A DNA stretch of 64,000 bases from contig JBQLZK010000003.1 in the NCBI GenBank assembly GCA_052168235.1, positions 96,001 to 160,000 on the forward strand, in the 5' to 3' direction. The notes beneath the pieces were generated by a model, which was given only the letters and a program-made list of their open reading frames with translations, was not told the origin of the DNA and ran no database searches. This document shows positions 31,116-38,873 of this stretch, in pieces (position 1 is the stretch's first letter; every line of letters begins with the position of its first letter). The position numbers were made by a program, and so were the translations under genes. This DNA comes from Thainema sp. (GTDB lineage Bacteria > Cyanobacteriota > Cyanobacteriia > Phormidesmidales > Phormidesmidaceae).

Positions 31116-31419
31116 GGAGTGAGGAGTAGTAGATGAGCAGTTTCGGTTGAGCAAACCATGAAACCCAGCACCAGCATAGGTTCCATTATTGTTAGCTTAT
31201 CCTACACACTCTAATTCAGTTTTACTAGTGCGATCGCACTTCCTAACTAGATACAAAGCGCGATCGCACCCACTCATCAACACAAAACCGATCACCTTCA
31301 ACTTACCTTCGACGAGGTCCAGGACGGTCGTTCGTCCTGGTCGAAGGGGTCTGGGGGCAATCGAAATGCCCCCAGTAGCCAGGTTCTACAACCCCTCAAC
31401 TATCATCAAACGCATCCCA

Positions 31420-31653
31420 TTACGGCATCGTTCGCTTCCGACTCATCACGCTGATGTACTCCCCACTGCGACCCGTCGGCAGCGGCTTACTCCAGGCAAT
31501 GCGATCGCAATAGCCCAGCGCATCCAAACGATGAATGGCATCGGTCAGTGCAGAGTAGTCGCCGAGCAGAATATGGCGAACGGTTTCCTGATTGAAGGTT
31601 GGCAAGCTGAAGGCGGGAGAGACAGTAGCCTCTCCGGTGGGTGATTGAAACAT
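31420..31653 (-). CDS. Small cyanobacterial hypothetical protein
   Basis: ETVRHILLG...IHRLDALGY...WSKPLPT...GEYISV; ATG at 31653 preceded by a GGAGA Shine-Dalgarno. Confidence 0.7.
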   Translation of the reverse strand: MFQSPTGEATVSPAFSLPTFNQETVRHILLGDYSALTDAIHRLDALGYCDRIAWSKPLPTGRSGEYISVMSRKRTMP

Positions 31654-31749
31654 ACGGGTGTCTCCGTTTTCAACTAAAGGAAAACGGGGAACTATCCAGA
31701 TCCCTATTTGATGCGGTAAAGGCAAGATAGCAGGACTAAAATGATCCCA

Positions 31750-31822
31750 GTCATCTCGACTTACCTAGGTTAAGTTGGGATGATCAGGAGATTTGGGAGG
31801 TGGCACCCTCTCAGATCTCCGC
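31750..31822 (+). ncRNA. Candidate cis-antisense small RNA (two 14-bp hairpins)
   Basis: Both stems pair fully on the + strand using G-U wobbles; TAAAAT at 31737-31742 just upstream. Confidence 0.4.
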
Positions 31823-32051
31823 CTAGAATCATTCCCCGCAAGACTAAAAGTATCAAGAAGCAGCTAGGCAGTTCAACCGTATTTATCTGTTTGTAAGGAT
31901 TAGGTTTGGAACTGCTGACTTGAAGCGGTTTTGTTTGGGTACATGGGAGTGCGATCGCACTTCCCCAAACTAAAACCGCGATCGCACCTTTCCAATCCAA
32001 AATCCAAAGGCGCAATTTGTATGATTGAGAGAGATCGCTGTAGGTTGCACC

Positions 32052-32636
32052 GTGATTGCCAATCCTCAATCTAATTACATGTCACCGCAAGACTATCTCG
32101 ACTGGGAAGCGACCCAAGAGATTAAGCACGCCTATGTTGATGGTGATGTGTTTGCCATGACGGGGGGCACAGTTGCCCATAACCTAATTGCTGGCAATCT
32201 GTTCGCGCTGCTGAAAGCCCATCTGCGGGGCAAGGGCTGTCGAGTTTTTATTGCTGATGTCAAAGTCGAAGTCTCTGAAACTGGACCCTATCACTATCCT
32301 GATGTCATGGTCAGTTGCGATCCGCGAGATAACAATGCTGTCAAGCTGATTCGCTATCCCTGCTTAATTGTCGAAGTGCTCTCGCCGAGTACCGCCAATT
32401 ACGACCGAGGAGATAAGTTTATGCACTATCGCCAAATTCCGACGGTGCAAGAGTATGTCCTGATTGATGCTCATCAAATCAGCGTTGACCGTTATCGCCG
32501 CCTTGCTCCAGATCACTGGGATTTACAAACCTACTCGGCAGATAGCGTGCTTGATTTGACTAGTGTAGACTGGCAAGAGTCGATTGCGCTCCTCTACGAA
32601 GATGTGCAGTTTGATCTAGCTGAAGAGTCTTTTTGA
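32052..32636 (+). CDS. Uma2 family endonuclease
   Basis: AMTGGT..HN, YPDVMV, PCLIVEVLSPST..YDRGDKF..Y, EYVLID. Confidence 0.92.
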   Translation: MIANPQSNYMSPQDYLDWEATQEIKHAYVDGDVFAMTGGTVAHNLIAGNLFALLKAHLRGKGCRVFIADVKVEVSETGPYHYPDVMVSCDPRDNNAVKLIRYPCLIVEVLSPSTANYDRGDKFMHYRQIPTVQEYVLIDAHQISVDRYRRLAPDHWDLQTYSADSVLDLTSVDWQESIALLYEDVQFDLAEESF

Positions 32637-32649
32637 GCAGTGTTCTATC

Positions 32650-32682
32650 GTCGGTTGGCGTTGAGCAACGCGAAACCCAACA
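32650..32682 (+). repeat. REP-like repeat (GTxGGTTG...TTGAGC...CGAAACCCAAC type)
   Basis: GTCGGTTGGCGTTGAGCAACGCGAAACCCAAC; an inverted related copy lies at 35909-35940. Confidence 0.6.
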
Positions 32683-32839
32683 TTATTGATGGGAATGTAG
32701 TGTGAATGCGATCGCACTTTACCCTTCATCTCATCACTCAAAAGCGCGATCGCACGTCTTCCCCATTCTCATCACTGATCGCACTTCCCCCCACAGATCG
32801 CACTTTCCAAAACTAAACTCACCAATCCAAAATCTAAAA

Positions 32840-34267
32840 TCACGAAGAGGTTTTGATAGTTTGAACAATTCTCTGAATCAGCGGATGATCGCTGAGGATA
32901 GATTCTTGCCCGCTGCTGATCACCTGTTGTACAAAAAACTGCAAGTTCTCCAGCACTGTCCTTGTATGAGGATGTGCGTCTCCCAGCAGCTTAGAAAATA
33001 GCTCAACAGCCTTCACATAGAGCGGTTCGGCTTCCTCATATCTCCCTTGCGACCGATAGAGTCCGGCCAGATTGTTCAAACTGCTCGCCACATCTGGATG
33101 CTGCTCGCCCAGCAGCTGTTTACTCATCGCCAAGGCTTCCACATAGAGCGGTTCGGCTTCCTCATATCTTCCTTGCGACCGATAGAGTCCGGCCAGATTG
33201 TTCAAACTGCTCGCCACATCTGGATGCTGCTCGCCCAGCAGCTGTTTCCTCATCGCCAAGGCTTCCACATAGAGCGGTTCGGCTTCCTCATATCTCCCTT
33301 GCGACCGATAGAGTCCGGCCAGATTGTTCAAACTGCTCGCCACATCTGGATGCTGCTCGCCCAGCAGCTGTTTACTCATCGCCAAGGCTTCCACATAGAG
33401 CGGTTCGGCTTGCGCATATCGCCCTTGCGACTTGTAGAGATAAGCTAACCAATGTAAGCAATCTGCAATTTGAACAGATTCGGTTTCCTGTTGACGAAAT
33501 AGGTTTAGGGCTTTTTGAAAATAGTTAATGGCACGTTGTTGCTCAGCCCGATATTCCTGCGCGCCCCCTTCAATCGTGCGCCAACCGAGAATTTTACCCG
33601 CTTCAAAATAGAGCGAAGCCAGCAGTGGATCATGGGGATTGTTCGTTTCAGTTTGTTCAATTAGCCGTTCCAGATCACTGAGCGGAATTGTCGTTTCCTC
33701 ATCGCCATCCGGCAGTTCCAGCAGCGGTCGAAACGTCTCTAAGTCCTGTGTCGGCACCACCAAGCTACGGCGAGAAGCAAACCGAAAGACGCTTTTGCGC
33801 CAGCTCCAGAAGTCGGGAGCTTTGCGGCTAATTTCCGTGAGGACTTGACTGGTCAGCCAGAGAACAATTGGATAGGGATACTGCCGCAGGGCTTCTCGCG
33901 TCCACTGGAGATAGCCCAGAAATTCCTCCTGCTGAGACTTTTCCGCCCCAAACCGTAGTCGAAACAGTCGATTTGCACCTAAAACGGTAAAAACAGCCAG
34001 TCCGCCCTGCTGGAGATAGTCATCTGCGGCTACTTGGTCAGCTAGGGTGCTCTTGATACTGGGTTTGTCAGGCTGCACTGTGACCCGATATGGTTTGAAC
34101 TGCGGCGCAACCTCCGCTTCGTAGCGGTCAATCAGTTCTGCTTGCAAACTGGCATCATCACACACCGCCAGCAGCAGACTTAATTGGCGATCGCTGTTTT
34201 CAATCGCCACCACCAGGTCATAAAAAGCCGTTTCGTTTTGAGCGTGGATGTCGTCAAGTTGAACCAT
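32840..34267 (-). CDS. Tetratricopeptide repeat protein with an N-terminal degenerate ATPase-like domain
   Basis: 42-aa TPRs HPDVASSLNNLAGLYRSQGRYEEAEPLY; N-terminal LQWTREAL..PIVLW..APDFWSW; start overlaps the stop of the upstream ATPase. Confidence 0.88.
   Translation of the reverse strand: MVQLDDIHAQNETAFYDLVVAIENSDRQLSLLLAVCDDASLQAELIDRYEAEVAPQFKPYRVTVQPDKPSIKSTLADQVAADDYLQQGGLAVFTVLGANRLFRLRFGAEKSQQEEFLGYLQWTREALRQYPYPIVLWLTSQVLTEISRKAPDFWSWRKSVFRFASRRSLVVPTQDLETFRPLLELPDGDEETTIPLSDLERLIEQTETNNPHDPLLASLYFEAGKILGWRTIEGGAQEYRAEQQRAINYFQKALNLFRQQETESVQIADCLHWLAYLYKSQGRYAQAEPLYVEALAMSKQLLGEQHPDVASSLNNLAGLYRSQGRYEEAEPLYVEALAMRKQLLGEQHPDVASSLNNLAGLYRSQGRYEEAEPLYVEALAMSKQLLGEQHPDVASSLNNLAGLYRSQGRYEEAEPLYVKAVELFSKLLGDAHPHTRTVLENLQFFVQQVISSGQESILSDHPLIQRIVQTIKTSS
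33014..33430. repeat. 126-bp near-identical tandem repeats (three full copies plus a partial) encoding TPRs
   Basis: CACATAGAGCGGTTCGGCT recurs at 33014, 33140, 33266 and 33392. Confidence 0.92.
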
Positions 34268-35579
34268 TGACTAAGCCTTTGCGCCGCAGCAAATCCGTCA
34301 CAATCGGGTGCGTGTCGTACCAAATTTCGGCATTGCGATACTCCAGCGTATGCAGAGCATGTAATAAGTCTAAAAACTTTTGCTCCTTCGGATCATCCGG
34401 TTCAAATTTTTCGTAAACGTTAACCAAGATCTCATAGTCGTTTTTGCCCAGTGGCGTTTCGAAATCGAGCCGTAGATCTTTAATGGCTTCATCCAGAACC
34501 GCTTGGTCGATCCGAATATCGGCAAGCTCTGCCTGCCCTTCTGCCATTGCTAACCGAATTTGCCGCAGACAGATTCGGCAGCAGGTGTTCGCCAAGCGAA
34601 TTAGTTCCCGCAACACACCACCGCTATTGGTCACAATCTGCCGAGCAAGGCCCGATTCCAGCAAATCAGCCGAGATTCGTTTTTCTAGCACATCGCAAAG
34701 GGTCTGAATGGCACTGTCGATGGGCTGTGGATCGGGTTTACGCCGTTCTCCTTTTGCAAACAGCTTGGTGACAGGCATTTCCACGATCTGATTATTCGTC
34801 TCTGTGATCATCATCGCTCGCAGCGTCGCCTCCCGCAGTGCCGCCACTGGAGTTGTAAAGATGATCTGAAATCCAGGTAGGAACAGCGCTTTGATATTTT
34901 GCTTATAAACCTGTTCGACCACGGCTAAATCGATCTTGTCAAGGTCGTCAATAATCACCAGAACTTTCTTGTTGCTAGCGGCCTGAATCGCTGCCGCAAT
35001 CACGTTGATCTGGGCAACCAGTTCTGTAATTTTGCGCTCGAATTCCTGCTTCAGTTCGTTGCGAATCGTCGCTTCTGATTTGAGCTTGCCTTGAATGAGC
35101 TGAAACAGATTAAATCCAACCGAGACTTCAGCGATCGCAGGTGTTTCGATTTCGGTACGAGTTTTAGTCGCAAACCATTTGTAAAACGCTGTTCGAGTTG
35201 TTTCTGGAATTTGAATTCGCTGATGCTCCGCTTCTTGCATCAGGTTAACTGCGATCGCAAATAGAATCGTAATGTGATTCACATCCGACATTTCAATCGT
35301 GTCGGAGATAGAGAAAAACACCACAAACCGATTGCGATCGCGACATTGCTGCCCAAATTTAGCCAGTAGCGTTGACTTGCCGCAGCCGCGATGTCCCGCA
35401 AAGATGATCTTGCCGCTGTCGGTATCGTCGTCTTCTACCAGTTGCTCCAGTTCCAGTAGCACATGCTTGCCATATTCCACCCGAAACCGCTCCATCTCTG
35501 TCTGATGAATCAGCGGTAGCAAATCTAGATTGCGATACGCTTCACGAAATGCCTCTAAGCGTTCATTGGACGGGGACAT
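34254..35579 (-). CDS. P-loop NTPase (AAA/KAP/STAND-like)
   Basis: Walker A GHRGCGKST, Walker B VIIDDLDK, SGGVLRELIR, C-terminal LEY.N...WYDTHP. Confidence 0.88.
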   Translation of the reverse strand: MSPSNERLEAFREAYRNLDLLPLIHQTEMERFRVEYGKHVLLELEQLVEDDDTDSGKIIFAGHRGCGKSTLLAKFGQQCRDRNRFVVFFSISDTIEMSDVNHITILFAIAVNLMQEAEHQRIQIPETTRTAFYKWFATKTRTEIETPAIAEVSVGFNLFQLIQGKLKSEATIRNELKQEFERKITELVAQINVIAAAIQAASNKKVLVIIDDLDKIDLAVVEQVYKQNIKALFLPGFQIIFTTPVAALREATLRAMMITETNNQIVEMPVTKLFAKGERRKPDPQPIDSAIQTLCDVLEKRISADLLESGLARQIVTNSGGVLRELIRLANTCCRICLRQIRLAMAEGQAELADIRIDQAVLDEAIKDLRLDFETPLGKNDYEILVNVYEKFEPDDPKEQKFLDLLHALHTLEYRNAEIWYDTHPIVTDLLRRKGLVNGST

Positions 35580-35621
35580 GGCTCAAAAATCACGACGGCT
35601 CACTGATTGTAATCTTACTTG

Positions 35622-35873
35622 CTGTAGCGGCTTCCGAGATCCCTGCAATCATTTCCAAGCAGTCTGTTGTTGTTACAGAGAAGTCCGTTATCGCAACAGA
35701 CTTCCCTGTTGTCGTTCCCGACAAGTCTGCAACGCTTCCCGACAAGTCTGTTCTTGTTGCAGAGAAGTCTGCAACGCCTCCCGACAAGTCTGCAACCCTA
35801 ACAGACTTCCCTGTTGTTGCTCCCGACAAGTCTGCAACGCTTCCCGACATCTCTGCAACGCTTTTCAGGTGGA
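35622..35873. repeat. Degenerate 21-nt tandem array (12 units)
   Basis: Units such as CTGCAACGCTTCCCGACAAGT, CTGTTGTTGCTCCCGACAAGT and CTGTTCTTGTTGCAGAGAAGT in exact 21-nt register. Confidence 0.85.
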
Positions 35874-35908
35874 TGTCGAGCTGGCGAGACACAACAACTT
35901 TGGTTCAT

Positions 35909-35940
35909 CGTCGGGTTTCGCATTGCTCAATCCAACCTAC
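35909..35940 (-). repeat. REP-like repeat, inverted relative to 32650-32682
   Basis: Minus strand reads GTAGGTTGGATTGAGCAATGCGAAACCCGACG. Confidence 0.6.
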
Positions 35941-36186
35941 ATCGCTAAACCCCAAAACCACAATTGCTACATCCCAAAATATTCCTTCTCCGTATTCAAA
36001 CCAGCTCAACGCCCCATATTCAACAAACCTTTGCAATATTACCAACCCCGATTCTGTACTCCTCCAGACGGCATTTCCAACCCCCAAGGCTACCTTAGAG
36101 AAATCACATCGCCAAAGTCAGCCAGCCCTTGAACTGACTGGCAAACAGCGACTGTGACACAACCTATCCATCAGGAACCATCTACT

Positions 36187-36573
36187 ATGAGTTACCAAAA
36201 ACGTAAATCCACCCGCATCCTCGAACGGGCCGAAATGCGCGCCGCCGGACTCGCCGCCATCGACCCCGATCTCGACCTCGGTGACGGTCGCACCCTCAGC
36301 CACCTGAACGAGCAAATCGCCCAGCTACAGGCCCAAATCAACACCTACAACACCGCCCTCGCCGAAATCGACACCATCCGCAGCAGCATCCAAGACCGCG
36401 AGAAAAAACTCAGCGACCTCTCCGCCCAAATGCTGCTCGGCGTCGCCTTCCAATACGGCAAAGACAGCCCCGAATATCAGATGGCAGGCGGTGTAAAAAG
36501 TAGCGATCGCAAACGCCGCAACCCCACACCCCGCCCCAAACCCGACAACACAACCCTACCCGCAGCAATGTAA
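36187..36573 (+). CDS. Hypothetical helical/coiled-coil protein
   Basis: KRKSTRILERAE.RAAGL.AIDP.LDLG...YN...GVAFQYGKDSPEYQMAGG; ATG at 36187. Confidence 0.75.
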   Translation: MSYQKRKSTRILERAEMRAAGLAAIDPDLDLGDGRTLSHLNEQIAQLQAQINTYNTALAEIDTIRSSIQDREKKLSDLSAQMLLGVAFQYGKDSPEYQMAGGVKSSDRKRRNPTPRPKPDNTTLPAAM

Positions 36574-36578
36574 AGTAC

Positions 36579-36606
36579 GTAGGGGCGAATGGCCATTCGC
36601 CCCTAC
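36579..36606. repeat. Perfect GTAG-family REP palindrome
   Basis: GTAGGGGCGAATGGCCATTCGCCCCTAC between convergent stop codons. Confidence 0.8.
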
Positions 36607-36613
36607 CAGGTAA

Positions 36614-38791
36614 TCACAAATCCAACAACCCATACCGCTCCTGCAACCCATACAGCCGCTGCCGCACCTCGCCCGCATTCGTCGCCAAATCGGCAAACTC
36701 CGCCACCCGAATCAGCTCCTTACGCAGCAGATTACGCTCCGTCGCCAGCGTCTTGCGATCAAAATCCGGCGGCACCACAATCATGTCAAACAGTTCTGCC
36801 CGATCCTTACCCGCAGCCGGACGCAGAATCCGGCCTCGACGCTGGACAAACTGACGCGGATTGCTGCTGCTGGCCAGAATAATTGCCGTGCGCGTCGCCG
36901 GAATATCCACCCCTTCATCCAAACAGCGAATCGCCACCACTCCCGGCAGCAGTCCCGCCGCAAACGTATAGCGCAGATCCTCCCGCTCATCCAGCGTCGT
37001 CTCCGCCGTGTAGGACTTGGCCTGAAAACCCAGTTCCTGGTTCAAAATCTGCATCACCGCATCCAATTGGCGCACGCTGTCATCGGTTGCCTCGTCGCGC
37101 ACCGCCCCATCGTCGCAGTAGAACAGCGTATGGGTCGTCTCTAGCCGCTGCCGCATCAACTCACGCAGCACGTCCAGCTTATTCACCGCCGAGCCGAGCA
37201 GGTGCGATCGCTGTGTGACCAGAGCCGTCAGCTTGGCGCTTTCCTCCGCGTCATCCATCGCCAGCAGTTGCATAATCCGCATGGTCAGCTTCTTATACTG
37301 CTCCGCTTCCCGGTCAGTCAGCTCCACCAGCAGCGGATGGTAGGAATAGGGCACCAGCGCCCCGGCTGCGATCGCATCTTTCAGCGTAAATTCGGGTTGA
37401 ATCACCGAGCCGAAATAGTCGAACAGCCGCTCGGTGCCTTCTTCGTCAAAGTAGCGCTCCGGCGTAGCCGACAGAGCCAAACGAAAGGGAACATGGGCAG
37501 GTAAGCTCTGCTCCAGATGCTGGGCACCCAGGTTATGCGCTTCGTCGCCGATAATTAGCGTCCGTTTCGGAAAGAAATCCAGCACCGCCTGGAAGCTGTC
37601 GCCCCGCAGCGTCGAGTTGGTGGTGATCACCGCGATAAAGTCTCGCTGCTGCCGCTTCAGGGCAATCAGTTGCGCTTGCAGTTCCGTCTGCCAGGTGTAG
37701 GCGCGGTCGAAGGCCAGAATCGGCTCAAGCTGAAACTGCCGACAGTTGGCGGCCCACTGCGTCACCAAATGACGATAGGGACAAATGATGATCAGCGCTT
37801 GCAGAGGCTGCTGCTGGTCGGCACTTTTGCGGTAGAGAGCAGCTGCGATCGCAAGTGCCGTGATCGTCTTGCCGCTGCCCGTGGCCATTTTCAGCGTGCC
37901 GCGTCCTTTATTTTGAAACCAATTTGCGATCGCGTCTTCTTGGTACCAGCGCAGATTCAGGTTCGGTGGCAGCAGGGGGAAGTGAGGTTCGGGCGGTAGC
38001 AGGTCAAGGGATAGGGGTTGATGGTTGATGGTGGATTGGTCGGGATTGGTGGCGGTTTTAGGGTTGGATTGGGTCGTGGTGCGGGACTTTTGCTCAACGG
38101 GTTCCTTGTGGGGTGGTCGGTTGGGGCACAACTTTAGCAGCGAACGCGATACCGCTTCTGGAAAGGCGAGAACTTCTACATTTTGGGTGCGGTTATGCCA
38201 TAAATCCTGAAAATGCTGGACCTTTCGAAAGGCTCGCTGCTGCACACCCTTGTCCCAGGACGGATAGACTTCAATGCATTCAAAGTTGTCGATCAGGGCG
38301 CTGGCGCTTTCGTTGGCTGAGCCAGTGAAGGCAATTACGTTGCCCGCTTCGTCGGCAAAGATGCCCAGCTTCTCGTGATAAATACCCTGCTGACGCAGCG
38401 TTTTGGGCACCGCTAGTTTAATTTCCAGCAGTCCCTGACTGAGCAGCCAGGTCAGTGCCGCCAGCCGATCCTGCACCAGTTGCGGCAGTTCTGTCTCCAG
38501 TTCACGCAGCAGCGCCGTGGTGAACACTTGCTCCCGCTGCTCCAGTCCCTGCTCAATCGCCTGGACATCTTCAGCAGATAGCTTGGGCGACGTAACCAGC
38601 CGCATCTGCCCACCGGAACGGATAAACGCGGTCAATCCTGCCGCCACGGCTGACATGGAGGTGCTGGAGAAAAAGCCAACGGCTCGGTCATAAACCGTCG
38701 CTCGCTCCAGACAGGGAATGTAGAAGTCCTGAATCAGATCATCGCGATCGCTACGATATTCATCCTGAATCGTTAGATCTTGCAGACTCAA
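36614..38791 (-). CDS. PLD nuclease + SF2 (DEAH) helicase, DNA phosphorothioation system restriction enzyme family (PbeA-like)
   Basis: YDRAVGFFSS, PLD-like YHEKLGIFAD...GSAN, Walker A MATGSGKT, DEAH, LSATPER, LDEGVDIP, QRRGRILR; TTG start preceded by AAGGAG. Confidence 0.88.
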   Translation of the reverse strand: MSLQDLTIQDEYRSDRDDLIQDFYIPCLERATVYDRAVGFFSSTSMSAVAAGLTAFIRSGGQMRLVTSPKLSAEDVQAIEQGLEQREQVFTTALLRELETELPQLVQDRLAALTWLLSQGLLEIKLAVPKTLRQQGIYHEKLGIFADEAGNVIAFTGSANESASALIDNFECIEVYPSWDKGVQQRAFRKVQHFQDLWHNRTQNVEVLAFPEAVSRSLLKLCPNRPPHKEPVEQKSRTTTQSNPKTATNPDQSTINHQPLSLDLLPPEPHFPLLPPNLNLRWYQEDAIANWFQNKGRGTLKMATGSGKTITALAIAAALYRKSADQQQPLQALIIICPYRHLVTQWAANCRQFQLEPILAFDRAYTWQTELQAQLIALKRQQRDFIAVITTNSTLRGDSFQAVLDFFPKRTLIIGDEAHNLGAQHLEQSLPAHVPFRLALSATPERYFDEEGTERLFDYFGSVIQPEFTLKDAIAAGALVPYSYHPLLVELTDREAEQYKKLTMRIMQLLAMDDAEESAKLTALVTQRSHLLGSAVNKLDVLRELMRQRLETTHTLFYCDDGAVRDEATDDSVRQLDAVMQILNQELGFQAKSYTAETTLDEREDLRYTFAAGLLPGVVAIRCLDEGVDIPATRTAIILASSSNPRQFVQRRGRILRPAAGKDRAELFDMIVVPPDFDRKTLATERNLLRKELIRVAEFADLATNAGEVRQRLYGLQERYGLLDL

Positions 38792-38873
38792 GTCAAACTC
38801 CTTTTATCCGCCTAAAACAGCCCATCAATATTAAAATCTATAAAGCAAATCAGTAAAAAAGAGAAAAGCCAGC

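Noticed and set aside
33014..33430. Possible CRISPR array or DGR template/variable repeat
   Set aside because: In-frame 126-bp coding repeats of TPR units; only two differences between copies and no reverse transcriptase nearby
35622..35873. Possible CRISPR array
   Set aside because: Units are contiguous 21-mers with no unique spacers, and there are no cas genes in the window
35530..36157. Two ~200-aa + strand ORFs
   Set aside because: They overlap the ATPase start, the repeat array and a REP; their openness is largely explained by the repeat, and the composition is implausible (Cys-rich frame)
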